This document shows positions 13,101-20,807 of a stretch of DNA of 64,000 bases, in pieces (position 1 is the first letter of the stretch; each line of letters begins with the position of its first letter). The DNA is taken from the IMG/VR virus record IMGVR_UViG_3300050501_000057; one strand, 5' to 3'. The notes under the pieces were generated by a model. The model saw nothing but the letters and a program-made list of their open reading frames with translations. It was not told where the DNA came from and did no database searches. The position numbers were made by a program, and so were the translations under genes. Source of the DNA: a virus.

Positions 13101-13989
13101 CACCCAACTTGTCTATGATAGCTAATCCCCGCTGCGCTGGATTCATCTCCATCAGCTTCTTCATCTCAGGATCATCGAGCGTACCCTTACCAATCGGGGA
13201 GCTTTCTTTCCCTTCCACGCCGGTTTTGGACTCCTGCGATGGAGGAACTATCAACCCCTCGTTAGCAGTATCGTACTTCTTAGCAAGCTCTTCTTCTGTT
13301 AATAGCGCAGGGAGATCGCTCCCCGAAGAGCGATCTCCTGCGCTCAGGTATTGTTTCAGATAATCAAGACGTTCTTTTGTATACTCCCTGGTATTGACCT
13401 TACCGTCTGATACATCAGGTACACCGTCTTCTCCCTTATCAAGCGATTTGATGACGTTCCCTCTTCCCGCGTGGTATGCAGCGAGAGCAAGAGCTATCCT
13501 GTGATCCTGACTTTGTACTCTCTTGTCCTTACCAAGTTCGTCATAGTCAGTACGGAGGTTCTTTACTCCCGCCATAAACTTGTAATAGGGATTCTGAAAC
13601 TCTTCGTCAGTGAATCCGAGTCCTTTTGCAGTCTTCGGGAGTACTTGCATTCCCCCGCTCGCTCGCTGACCTTTGGGAAGCTTACCGTATGTACTCTCTC
13701 CCTCTTCCAAGTTTCCGCTCGACTCCCCGCGAAATACGCTCTTCCATATCCCGCGCCACGTATTGTCATCGAGGTCGGAAGGTTTGTAGTGCGCAGCGAT
13801 ATTGTCGAGGTCAGTATCCTCGTCTCCGGTGAGCGTATATCCGTTTGCTGTACTGGTAGTGTCACCTCCCGATGGTCCGGTACCTTTTTTGGTACCCCCT
13901 CCCGCGTTGCTGTCTACTAGCAACTCGTCGGTGGTCGTGGGTGCGTCTGATGGAACGGAGAGTGCTCTTTTTTTAGGGTCGGTTGCCAT
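4153..13989 (-). CDS. Giant polyvalent internal virion/ejection protein: lytic transglycosylase, HExxH, ART-like, glycosylase-like and C-terminal helical domains
   Basis: 3278 aa. SLT motifs GESSG / ASGGMQVLPKTA / ALAAYHAG; GAHEAIH; NFKKWFGDS..PLITYHGT..FYFS; GPKIGAFFLNI..VTVDMW..VQAILW. Confidence 0.85.
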   Translation of the reverse strand: MATDPKKRALSVPSDAPTTTDELLVDSNAGGGTKKGTGPSGGDTTSTANGYTLTGDEDTDLDNIAAHYKPSDLDDNTWRGIWKSVFRGESSGNLEEGESTYGKLPKGQRASGGMQVLPKTAKGLGFTDEEFQNPYYKFMAGVKNLRTDYDELGKDKRVQSQDHRIALALAAYHAGRGNVIKSLDKGEDGVPDVSDGKVNTREYTKERLDYLKQYLSAGDRSSGSDLPALLTEEELAKKYDTANEGLIVPPSQESKTGVEGKESSPIGKGTLDDPEMKKLMEMNPAQRGLAIIDKLGVDPAMVALDEEIRGKMGVVTPASHPHKINRSVPVTFEIKKDAQGNPHLTADEVRDAVTIALTGDTSLPAAFRQATGENPGEFLDPDEGEKWLKRQIESGAMRISQVGDKFIAEGNVPVQNWVVNRINALAKGGVSEYARETARMRQEMADSERGVAEEEYSKAISEAKAAKDDVRAAELQAELDARYPKTLTEDLTDAIKRGTARGINELLRTGMNIEQIVEAPLVDAITDEKGKREYVGQKAREAMQARLLKGALEAKTPSGRRFVARMAEAAMKEVVYSPVYMMGGAVMGPAGLIYSTAIRDADKPMDQFLESVASSIVELPFGTAFKGLIAGKDVGLLAAKGGAMASGGIGEVAGDAFVEIAKGQVPQWENALSNLIIGAAFELGEGSHKGTHEGGYQMKGVGEGGSVPTELRSFLGVTQGEDGQIRFQGVIKQGENVSLVEIDPQHPLVLKYALQAQKGGIPFVSMTSEDFDSALNDFKGVGKVALPKMTAEQTAAYLRGEQTVRMEKGKLVTAGEKTNDQENVSGVQGDERVGEEPIETESVEGRSGEPTSASGVLQTPRGSEGGSSEAESVSQEAGSKTGEEAAKVQTGEKSSNTKSGVVLSAGEQKQAEREASLTDTESRHLESAYDKLATTDEKEIRSLFRQADRRFVKKIQGTTEGEFAQAAFERVSKLTTEEQQALAKVIGENFAAPSKTPTVPGETGDYSASIQSMTNKEFEANPQLVANEREVGKFLEEAKEGKVATAQTAEEAAEAETTSEQYQKEQKSIKEGEKKVKVGRVGITLPKDIAAKWDQADLNYETTTARVQNSKLSVDEKKKQLRNAVEERKKARNFLIDEYRRREAEQVQRGYMRNSQQPVAILEENGDRLTVQVAGENAPREVDRSQVETVKERRLTPSGKVKLPTGIRIKLGLGDFSETKQASHRADGVIYVNDNARSAIEDALEVSVDRGLTVKGDKVPQIAKELREAGLKRVAKQLENAAEGRAGAAIVPVRNDDAAVAGAHEAIHTVALDKQVSDDAIRRLYRDGTATRNLLNDLQTSKDKTIREEFTDINPRDFLQEVLAYGATGDHDSLGVSPDLLYDALVEVASELNNAFPNEDIQTIAENALINFDAIMKEASRRDINEEPKQAVRAKAVGKGAGASQVGEKGPSKAVPQGQRDILHAEETRADRLFTGVRELTKGEGPVSIEELRDKFLELRLEKFHDVLKELVDTGRVFPHRIDNANQLNDKAREKLLKIGKDYFNSVTVRTNPVSDILRAVARGDREEVNTREANFKKWFGDSEVVDEDGSPLITYHGTTHDFEIFNKKNASIENFVGQAFYFSTNARDAAGNYGHDGADLTNRISSRIENSESEREYQLDELRSQLEDAESDEEREDLEGQIQELKDDDLFRDKIKREMTGKAEVVVIPAYISAKNLFDISKNVPREKRLHADVEVISEEGADELETGEPTGTLIDFIDNFYEAVNDFTDVAMAEKVKAKFIENLPDELWYEGGSVTHRQAFDAAKDAMIESYMEEYLDFDVIEPGTSPNGEILRRAIEASGFDGVKMIADEYFGDMRFMQDVKYDDRGMLTEHYIVWKPEQVKSPFNNGDFNPEERSFLRKVDKRNEEKSKKFEKDPNSLVLSTTSSNFRDLRTQPIDNGFEGEIPKAVTADDKVESKLIEINRKDRDAVTVGDAKKVITDGRFAVMTGGSKRRTQALKRELNSMGYKTYDANDGVFIVLNSQFDIANAIRLGARYKTGRVLIGDSGSYRAPFTRNTTLGRIGSENYSRENKVEFDVTDGVRVKLPNGVVTFNVGDVYQSKRKQDAAEKRQIQELTDLYKKSFTQRAKATTNDLHDWLMNNQDKIGQNQNIVVAHFLQGTTAEIYGDFSTKKLSDEDANAIRARRAVRDGLAVVRRALSGQGQRQGEQDTGLSWYAASIKKMHEITGQAFPEVMNHPQLRALFDLTLAMSSQGNKVRENYKYAVDIWRRMIEEFELGRDGTDRVYPTKLKTPTIYKEKGEIVERSNYGRFGPQLEKFNFLTQGYVPVGSYEQKQLKKQGVELKKTDEFEKINGAQQWYKKDPELEKAIEKYGHIGGVFEYLLSPGSTENDPYKATEVLGPKIGAFFLNIAGFSQLVTVDMWASRWFYRLNGGLLNPTTPKGTQDTPVNGTDGDIIRGAMQGIANEYNKRHENKITPADVQAILWYSEKDIWKLAGAEDSGTIDFAQAAEKQVSKEMVADISGAAQVRDKVINDFQASSPMGDRIRIAGGEQAKHENENFFVRQMALPARIGLSATSRKQIINRKLLTYDAKEWERHAEWAKGEPLDQNEKSDLYNLLQQGFRATNKTEHDKAIDDLQNFVDNVSSMNIFEFLLNARRAGMLSGIKTAGRNSISNLAHLIAEELKRGATPLDMALSLMSTDKDRTVQGISARGIWNGIKSLPEGFKAFKDTIVKGNTGATYETFNLGYDPHVTPSWMTGGKAGARVLNATVGNFAKYVFRFQAAQDAVFRTYAYNRAMYEVAWLENKNGGRKIADVLANPTVAQSDMAWRAAEFAVFQNDNFINTGYQRWKGNRSEVIKYVLDYELPFIKTGSNIFLQTMDYLLIGSAVKATTALSKETLRDISKADFKKLKQKAWKAIDDPDTRAAIVEAAGRGLVGLTLSIIGYKLAAAGLMYGFGDEDEKERQRRIAQGAGPGHMKLGNHWIDIRAISPIGTMMLAGASAFRAQNKELSGENTRVDAYLRLFSTLVTDGLPMARTADEFLNPKQAQSYAKRLIGAGSLVPAIVSEAAAVQDKVQREQKGEGLKESIKKEVQARLPKTPLNPNFNRQTLPAKTDVFGRELQQPLGFDPFNTKQDTTNAVTQEAAKTGWSMTPPKRDTKKGESVADFQARKKQTQVLIDRVFTELVNDTKYPSTAPVEERKEILDDSAALARRAIKTGEKVSDAELQEIVNLTLDKWKQRADVEKDKTLTPQQKKQYKNRISSKYSQIIKAGLSDE

Positions 13990-13990
13990 A

Positions 13991-14038
13991 TCCTATGATC
14001 CTCTTATGATCTTATGATCTTATGATCTTATGATCTTA
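13991..14038. repeat. Intergenic tandem octamer repeat (TCTTATGA)x4 plus partial and degenerate copies
   Basis: Exact copies at 14002, 14010, 14018 and 14026, partial at 14034, variant TCCTATGA at 13991. Confidence 0.95.
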
Positions 14039-15568
14039 CTATCTGAACTTGAGGAAGTATCCCGGCGCAGGTTTGCTACTCTCTCCTGTCGTTTGTCGAG
14101 TGGGAGCTTGCTTACTTCCTGTCGTTGTTCGAGAGGTGCGCATAATCTCGTCAGCTTCTCGCTCGTATAGAGCTTCTGTAAAAGCTTCGCTCTGCTTCAA
14201 TGCGTTGTTGAACGCGCTATCATATGCTTTCTTTGCGTCATCATACGTCATTGAGTTAGTACTCGACGGATTACGCAATGCGTCTTGATACTGTTTAGGT
14301 AACGAGTTGATGATCTCGTCCTTGCGGTTCTCAATTGATAACCTAGCTACGCTCTTCGCATCTCCCCCGTGTTTAGCTATTACATCCTGTAACGCTTTAT
14401 CCTTCGTTTGTTTCAAGCTCTCTTGCTTACCGGGACGCACGACGATGTTATTACCTTGCTGATCAGTAATAGGCGTCCCGTCTTTCTGCGCTCGTATGTA
14501 GTTACCGCTCTGCTCGTCATAGATAGTTATCTGATCGCCGCTCTTTTCATTGAGTCCATATTGCGGACTAACGCGGAGTTGATACAAGGTAGCTAAGTCT
14601 CTGCTCAACTCGTTACGCTGTGGATCGTTCGCAGGTAGCTTCTCAAGGATCTTCAATCGCTGATCAGCTTCCGCTCGCTTATCATCACGCAAGCGCGCCG
14701 CGTCTAACAGCGCGTCGCGTTGCGTCTGTTGCTGTCGCTGTTGTTGTGAAAGCTTCAATCGCTCGTTAGTCTCTCGTATGTCTGCTTCTGTCTTCTCGCG
14801 GGAGAGCTTACCCTGCTCCGCCATCTTCTCAAGCTTGTACTTCTCAATCGCGTGAGCTTTGTTCTGCTCGTACTGTGTAGTTGAATTGACACCGGGGATT
14901 GCGCCGAGGACAACGTTACTCGCTATCTTTCCGAACGCTCCACCATAATTACCTTCCGCAATATCTCCCGCGCTCTCTCGTAATCCTCTCCCCAATCCTG
15001 TTAGTACTCTCTTCCAAGCTGATTGCGGGGAGGGGTTAGTATTCATAATAGCTTCCATTACTCTATCCTCCGGCGTCCCTCCCTTGATAGTATTCCCCGG
15101 CGTCATCGGTTGCATAGAGTTTATATCAGGAGTAGCACCTCCCGCGTTTGGGAATAATTCGCTAGTAATATTTCGTATATTCGCGTTACCGAATAACAAA
15201 GGATTGACGCGGGAGCTAGTAGCAGTCGCGGGAACTCTGAGGTTCGGAGTAACTAAGTTGCTGTTAGGATCAGTTAGTAGCTCTTTGCTAGTACCTCGGC
15301 GAGCGGAGAGAGTAACGTCTTTTGAGTCCTCGAAAGGGGAGACATTCTGTCCTCGCGCCAAATCAACATCAGGCGATCTATTTATACCCTCCCGCACTCT
15401 GCTATTCACTCCCTCTCCGCCACTATTACCAAGCTGCGACAGTTCATTGTTTGTATACTGTCTACCGTCGCTCGTCATAGCGTCATCGTCTGAATAGTCA
15501 ATATTATCAGGGTTTAAAATGCTCAGGAACCTTTGAGTACGCTGCGATTTTCTCTTGTCTTTCGCCAT
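14039..15568 (-). CDS. Putative internal virion (ejection) protein
   Basis: 509 aa, low complexity and coiled coil with a Gly-rich amphipathic segment (LTGLGRGL..GGAFG); directly upstream of the giant SLT protein. Confidence 0.55.
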   Translation of the reverse strand: MAKDKRKSQRTQRFLSILNPDNIDYSDDDAMTSDGRQYTNNELSQLGNSGGEGVNSRVREGINRSPDVDLARGQNVSPFEDSKDVTLSARRGTSKELLTDPNSNLVTPNLRVPATATSSRVNPLLFGNANIRNITSELFPNAGGATPDINSMQPMTPGNTIKGGTPEDRVMEAIMNTNPSPQSAWKRVLTGLGRGLRESAGDIAEGNYGGAFGKIASNVVLGAIPGVNSTTQYEQNKAHAIEKYKLEKMAEQGKLSREKTEADIRETNERLKLSQQQRQQQTQRDALLDAARLRDDKRAEADQRLKILEKLPANDPQRNELSRDLATLYQLRVSPQYGLNEKSGDQITIYDEQSGNYIRAQKDGTPITDQQGNNIVVRPGKQESLKQTKDKALQDVIAKHGGDAKSVARLSIENRKDEIINSLPKQYQDALRNPSSTNSMTYDDAKKAYDSAFNNALKQSEAFTEALYEREADEIMRTSRTTTGSKQAPTRQTTGESSKPAPGYFLKFR

Positions 15569-15630
15569 AGCTACTTACCTCGAAACAATTAAGCTCTGCG
15601 CTTTGTTATTGAAATGTGATCACGCGCAAA

Positions 15631-15660
15631 AGCTTAGTTGTATTTAGTAGTTATTGTCAA
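15631..15660 (-). promoter_or_regulatory. Putative sigma70 promoter for the virion/packaging operon
   Basis: Minus strand TTGACA-N18-TAAGCT, about 60 nt upstream of the ATG at 15568. Confidence 0.5.
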
Positions 15661-15703
15661 GCTGTCTGAAAATATCAACATTGACATACGGCAGTATTGA
15701 GAC

Positions 15704-15752
15704 AAAAAAAAAGGGAGAGAGCTTGCGCGCACGAAGCGCAAGCTCTCTCCCT
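15704..15752 (-). terminator. Intrinsic terminator ending the early operon
   Basis: Minus strand GGGAGAGAGCTTGCGC-loop-GCGCAAGCTCTCTCCC followed by a T9 tract. Confidence 0.9.
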
Positions 15753-15757
15753 CGTTA

Positions 15758-15895
15758 TCAACCAAATAACTTTTTGAGGAAGGTGATTATCCCCTCCCAT
15801 ATCTCGCCAGCGTCTAGGATCTCGAACAAGAGCGCCAGCATAACCATACAGAAGAGCGCAGCTATGATGCTTCTGCGCCACTGACCTTTGTCCAT
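15758..15895 (-). CDS. Small membrane protein (45 aa)
   Basis: MDKGQWRRSIIAALFCMVMLALLFEILDAGEIWEGIITFLKKLFG with strong RBS AAGGAGGT; below the ORF-track size cutoff. Confidence 0.7.
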   Translation of the reverse strand: MDKGQWRRSIIAALFCMVMLALLFEILDAGEIWEGIITFLKKLFG

Positions 15896-16003
15896 AGTTG
15901 AACCTCCTTGATAGTTGATAGTAGTTCCCGCTACTGTTTACTTCTGATCACTCGCGGGACGCTCGTCCCGCGCGCTTGCGCTTGCGCTACTCGCGGGAGG
16001 CGT

Positions 16004-16741
16004 TTAGCGCGCAGTGCTATGATACAACTCTAAAAGCTTGTAAGCTTGGTCGGTAGACAAGTCTTTAAAGGCGAGGTCTACGTGTTCGGCATAATAGCTC
16101 ACCTTACCCTCGATCTTCGTATTGTAGTTGATAAGATACTTCAACTCTGCGCCGGTGTTTTTATCTTTGAGCTTGTCGGGGTCTAGCTGAACGGTGAGCA
16201 CTCCCTCAGTCGCACATACCAAATCATCGCAAACCATAACAATACCTGCGCGCCTGTGTATATCCTTCACGCGCCGAGCGTCTAGTATCTCGTGCTCAAC
16301 TCTCGCGGGGATTATGACGCGGCGTATGATGTCACCGGCGACGCTCTCAGGCGATCTTGTGATGTCAACACCGACCTTGATATTGTCGTCCTTGTCGGTC
16401 TTATACCGTTCGAGATCACGGTGCGACACATTGAAATATGCTTTGCTGCTCTCTCCCCGCTTGTTCGACATCCACAGTATGATATTGAAACCTTCCGGGG
16501 GATGACCGTCTACTAAGTAATCGTGATCACAAGTGAATGTGCAAGTACCGTAATAACTCTTCAATCCGGCGTTGAACTCGACATCCTCTTGACTCTCCAT
16601 TACGTGTTGAACTTTCCATCCGGTATATCCGAATTTAGTAAGCGCGCTCAATATTCCAGTAATCACAGACTGGAAAAATAGTTGCTTCTCGTTAGCTTCA
16701 ATTCTCCATCTTGGTATTTCGTGACCTGCTTTATTCAACAT
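16004..16741 (-). CDS. Hypothetical early protein (paralog of 16860-17492)
   Basis: RBS AAGGGAG before ATG 16741; shares an I-x-V/L...R-S/T..I/V..D-I/V-x-RR motif with the next gene. Confidence 0.75.
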   Translation of the reverse strand: MLNKAGHEIPRWRIEANEKQLFFQSVITGILSALTKFGYTGWKVQHVMESQEDVEFNAGLKSYYGTCTFTCDHDYLVDGHPPEGFNIILWMSNKRGESSKAYFNVSHRDLERYKTDKDDNIKVGVDITRSPESVAGDIIRRVIIPARVEHEILDARRVKDIHRRAGIVMVCDDLVCATEGVLTVQLDPDKLKDKNTGAELKYLINYNTKIEGKVSYYAEHVDLAFKDLSTDQAYKLLELYHSTAR

Positions 16742-16859
16742 TGTATGCTCCCTTTCTTGTGATCGCTTGCGCTCGTGTCCAATCACGAGCGCAAGCTTAG
16801 TTACTGAATGATTAACTACTCCCCGCGCGTCATAATCATTATGAGCGCGGGGAGACGCG

Positions 16860-17492
16860 CTAGCGTCTCAAGAACACAAACCAATGATTAAACAACTCTC
16901 TGAGCACAAGCTCCGCTTCATCGGCGTCAACCTTGAGTATGATCTCAATCGGCGCGGCGTGCGCTTGAGGATCACTTACCGCCACATTGACAGAACGTCC
17001 GCGCTTGTCTCTATATTCCATTGTCTCATCCGGTCGCTTGTCTCGTATGAGTTGATTGCGAGACGCTGTGATTAAATCCTCTTCAATAGCAAGTATGCGC
17101 AATTTGCGCTCAGACGCCTTTCTATACGCTTCCTCCGCCTTGCGCATAGTCTCATATAGGGTCGGCAGTAAACGGCGCTCCACGTCCCGTTTAATCGCGT
17201 CTGCGGTACGCTGTGGTGAGAGGTAGATAGTCGCTTTAGTCTCTCCACTTGGGAAGATGTCATTATAAACAGGATTGTAACTTTCCAGCACACCACACAA
17301 TCTCCCCATAACCTTCAATTGTCCCTCGTGCGCTCCGCTCATCACATAACGAAATCTGATTTGCACTTTGTAAGTGTAGTGTTGAATTGTGAAGACCTCG
17401 CGTATTTCGCTCTTTATGATCTCCCATTCGTTGTTGAACGCGGCGCATATATTCTTCACTAACTGCTCGAAATCAAAATTAAGGTCGGTCAT
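16860..17492 (-). CDS. Hypothetical early protein (paralog of 16004-16741)
   Basis: 210-aa ORF containing TIYLSPQRTADAIKRDVERRLLP. Confidence 0.75.
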   Translation of the reverse strand: MTDLNFDFEQLVKNICAAFNNEWEIIKSEIREVFTIQHYTYKVQIRFRYVMSGAHEGQLKVMGRLCGVLESYNPVYNDIFPSGETKATIYLSPQRTADAIKRDVERRLLPTLYETMRKAEEAYRKASERKLRILAIEEDLITASRNQLIRDKRPDETMEYRDKRGRSVNVAVSDPQAHAAPIEIILKVDADEAELVLRELFNHWFVFLRR

Positions 17493-17609
17493 ATGTACTC
17501 TCTTTCTTATTGAATGTTGTTAGTTGCTCCCGCGCTAGTGTTCTGGACTTAGCGCGGGGAGCTTATGTTGTGGGGTTGTTACTGTCTGTTGTGAACCTCG
17601 ACAGTAAAA

Positions 17610-19736
17610 CTAAAAAGCAACTTCCGTTGCGAGGTCGCCGTCATTGAGCGTATCTATACGCTCGATCTTCGCGCGCACATTCGCGCATACTGTCTCTTCA
17701 ACAGTATCCGCCGCAAAGAATATACGTTGTATACTCTTCGCGCCGTTAGCACGCCATACGCGACCGAGAGCTTGCTTCAAGTCCTGACCGCTGTCAGTCG
17801 GACAAATGATTGCAAGTCTCATCCGACTTTCCGGCGTACCGTGTAACGAAACACCAACACCTCCCGCGCGAATGTTCGCAATGATTACTTGCTCGCGGTC
17901 GCTTTGGAAGTCTTGTATGTTACGCTCGCGCTCGTCTGCGCTTTGATCTCCACGTATAACGCAATCGGTACCAAGCTTCTTTATCAGAGCGTCCATTGTC
18001 TCGTTGAAGTTTACGAACACAGCGACGCTCATACCTTCCTCGATTGCATCTTCTACCATTGAAGCGAGAGCGGGAACCTTCAACAACTCGACTTGTTGTC
18101 TAGCTCTCAATCTCACAGTGAGAGGAAGAGTCGGCGATTTATCTGTCTTCGATTTTTTCGCTAGCTGTCTAAGCTCGCGGTCCATCTCTTCGTATATCGC
18201 GTTGATCTTCCCCGCTGCGCCGTTCATATCGTACAACTCGGCGCATATTTGAGACTCTGGAAATGCGTCGCCGAGGTCTGCAATGCGGAGTCTATTACCG
18301 CGCTCCGGGAAGATCCGCTTGTGAATACGCGCAAGACCAACTTTACCTCCCGTGTATTCGTGACCATAGCGAGCTTTCACAACGCCGTTGTCTTTCGCCC
18401 AATTCCAGAAACTATGCGGTCCATCGAATAAACCGGTCAACAATCCGCTGAACTTCATTTGCAAAGGATTGTCCGCCGCAGTAGCAGACAAACCAAGCAC
18501 AGTGTAACCGTCAACCAACGCCGCTATACCAAGCTTGTTATTGAGCGTTGTCGCATCTTTCAATCTATGACATTCATCAAAGATAATTGCGACATCAGCG
18601 GGAAGAGTCCACTTGAAAAATTCCTCTTGCTCTCCCTTGTAATTCTTGCGCGTGAGTCTCTGCGCTTCGTGATTACCTCGCGTAATCAACTCATAATTGA
18701 TTATCCCGTGAATTGTAACGCCGAGGTATTTCGCCGCTCTCTTCCACGAAGGGATGACAGCTTTCGGACATACGACGTACACCGGGCGATTGAGCACAAA
18801 GAACACGGCGAGCGTCACGTATGTTTTACCAGTACCGGTGTCGCTGGCGTCTAACGCTGAACCTTTGAGCACTGCTAGCGTCTGCGCGCGTACCGCGTCC
18901 ACTTGATACGGTAAGAGCTTCTTAGTGATCTTTTTCAATCTCTTCTCGTACTCTTCAGTGAACCGCGCCGCTTCGCGCTCTTGCTTCGCTATCAATGACG
19001 CGGGGATTTGTACAAGCTCACGACCTTTGATGTCGTGCGCTTCGAGTAGTTCGAGAAATTCTTTCGTAACTGTGCAAACCCAACCGCTACTCTCAGGGCG
19101 AAAGTAACGCGTATGCTTCGGGAGAGCTTGAAGGTCGCCGAGCAGTTTATTATCTCTGTCGCTCCACTTGACCAAATATCTGTCATCTCCGAAACCTTCA
19201 ACCGTGCGTATTACCTCGATCTCGATAGCTTCGGCAGCAAGTAGCTCAACAGCTTTCGGCGACATCTCAAACTCGAACGCCTGAGCGAGAGCAACCAACG
19301 CGGTCTTACCCTCTTCAGTATTGGGAACTTTCCATCTGAACTCAGGATCTTTTGCGCCTCTCGCGTGCGGGAGAGCTTTAACAGCGTTTAGGATGTCATA
19401 AAAGTTTTTCTTGCTCTGAAACTTTACGCTAAACACGTCTTCGCCGTCCCTAACATAAATCAACTTTTGAGCAGTGACTTTGTAGTCAGGAACCTCGAAC
19501 GAATCATAATCAAAACCAAATCCGGCAAGCTGACCTTTGTACTTGCGAAGCAATTTGTAAGCGCTCGCCGCTTTCATATCGCTCCACTCACCGGTGAGCA
19601 GAGCGCGAGCGATAGGATTATCGAAGCGATTAAATCCCGCTCGATCCTTTGTCTTTGCGCCGTCGCATACGCTGAACAGCGCCATCATTGAGTCATAAAT
19701 CCGATTGTCCATTATTTTAGTCTCCTGATATGTCAT
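17610..19736 (-). CDS. SF2 (SNF2-like) helicase with N-terminal HARP-like repeats
   Basis: LLPYQ, SDTGTGKT, VVCPKAV, IFDECH, LSAT, AGGVGVSL and QALGRVWR motifs; two N-terminal aromatic..K/QALP..W repeats. Confidence 0.9.
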   Translation of the reverse strand: MTYQETKIMDNRIYDSMMALFSVCDGAKTKDRAGFNRFDNPIARALLTGEWSDMKAASAYKLLRKYKGQLAGFGFDYDSFEVPDYKVTAQKLIYVRDGEDVFSVKFQSKKNFYDILNAVKALPHARGAKDPEFRWKVPNTEEGKTALVALAQAFEFEMSPKAVELLAAEAIEIEVIRTVEGFGDDRYLVKWSDRDNKLLGDLQALPKHTRYFRPESSGWVCTVTKEFLELLEAHDIKGRELVQIPASLIAKQEREAARFTEEYEKRLKKITKKLLPYQVDAVRAQTLAVLKGSALDASDTGTGKTYVTLAVFFVLNRPVYVVCPKAVIPSWKRAAKYLGVTIHGIINYELITRGNHEAQRLTRKNYKGEQEEFFKWTLPADVAIIFDECHRLKDATTLNNKLGIAALVDGYTVLGLSATAADNPLQMKFSGLLTGLFDGPHSFWNWAKDNGVVKARYGHEYTGGKVGLARIHKRIFPERGNRLRIADLGDAFPESQICAELYDMNGAAGKINAIYEEMDRELRQLAKKSKTDKSPTLPLTVRLRARQQVELLKVPALASMVEDAIEEGMSVAVFVNFNETMDALIKKLGTDCVIRGDQSADERERNIQDFQSDREQVIIANIRAGGVGVSLHGTPESRMRLAIICPTDSGQDLKQALGRVWRANGAKSIQRIFFAADTVEETVCANVRAKIERIDTLNDGDLATEVAF

Positions 19737-19836
19737 AGAGCGTTGTTTTTTCGCGTCTGCTTGACCGTAGGCGCGTGAGAAGTTGGCGGCGCTCCCCTTC
19801 CTATGGGGAGCGCCATAAAAATTGAATGGTGAGCTT

Positions 19837-20289
19837 CTAAAGTAAAATCGCCTCTATCTCTTGGGGAGTCCTAGCAAGATCCGGCGTCTTGCAGATCGTA
19901 CCGTACCAGCATTGAGCGCCGCAAAGATGCGTGTGTCTGTCTAGCGGCGTATCTCTATCATTGTACGCCCGACAAAAGCGGAAGCTTTGAAACTTCTCAA
20001 GTGGTATGTGGACAACGGCGTCATTGCGTTTAAATGTGACGCTGGCGATTTCCCACTCTATGAAATCAGCGGCGAATTCAAACTCCCCGACCTCGCCTAT
20101 AGTTTCATTCGCCGCGCTGTGTTCTTTCATTCGCATTTGAATGAACACAGTCACGAGAAACTTATCACCGGGGTCGAAAATCTGATCCCTCAAGATTGAA
20201 TTGTCTCTCAGATACGGTATAACCGTACGCGTCTTGCATTCTACCGCCATAGTAAAAAGCGTTGTGATCGTTGCGCCTTCAATCCTCAT
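19837..20289 (-). CDS. Hypothetical early protein
   Basis: 150-aa ORF coupled to the upstream gene. Confidence 0.65.
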   Translation of the reverse strand: MRIEGATITTLFTMAVECKTRTVIPYLRDNSILRDQIFDPGDKFLVTVFIQMRMKEHSAANETIGEVGEFEFAADFIEWEIASVTFKRNDAVVHIPLEKFQSFRFCRAYNDRDTPLDRHTHLCGAQCWYGTICKTPDLARTPQEIEAILL

Positions 20290-20798
20290 TACTCCCCCTT
20301 GTTATCCGTTACTGCGCCGAGTGAATTGTTAAGAAAATCGCAAAGCGTTTGAGCTTCGCCCTGAGTCATATTTCCCGCGATTGTCACAACCTGACCTTGC
20401 GACTCGTGATAGAACCGAAAGGATACGCGCCACTCTTCCCAAGTCGCATTGACTTTGGAATATGCAAAGCAACCGAACGCCTTTGGCGGTACGCCTTGCA
20501 AACTCGGCGGGCGTTCCGCCTTCATCTCGCTTTGCTTGGGGTTGCTCTCTTCTGTCGAATGACGATAGGGTATGTTGCGCACCTTCAAGAATTCCTCAAG
20601 TTGATTCTGTTGACGTACAGTAGTGACGCTAGGAACTCCACCCTTGCGCAATACAACCTCACCCCTGATCCATTGAGCGATTACAAACCAACCGTAAGAG
20701 AAAAGTTTTTCCCCGTTGGTTTCAATACTGTTTGCTTTCATCGCGCCGTGATTAACGAACGCATCAAACGCCCGACCAAGTAATGTAAGTTTCGCCAT
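20289..20798 (-). CDS. Hypothetical early protein
   Basis: 169-aa ORF, RBS GAGGAGG. Confidence 0.75.
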   Translation of the reverse strand: MAKLTLLGRAFDAFVNHGAMKANSIETNGEKLFSYGWFVIAQWIRGEVVLRKGGVPSVTTVRQQNQLEEFLKVRNIPYRHSTEESNPKQSEMKAERPPSLQGVPPKAFGCFAYSKVNATWEEWRVSFRFYHESQGQVVTIAGNMTQGEAQTLCDFLNNSLGAVTDNKGE

Positions 20799-20807
20799 AT
20801 TTCCTCC

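Noticed and set aside
88..14017. Numerous plus-strand ORFs over the virion genes
   Set aside because: Antisense shadows of long minus-strand genes, without RBS or motifs. The same applies to minus-strand shadows across 30-50 kb.
13991..14038. CRISPR-like array
   Set aside because: 8-bp units are directly adjacent with no spacers; no cas genes seen.
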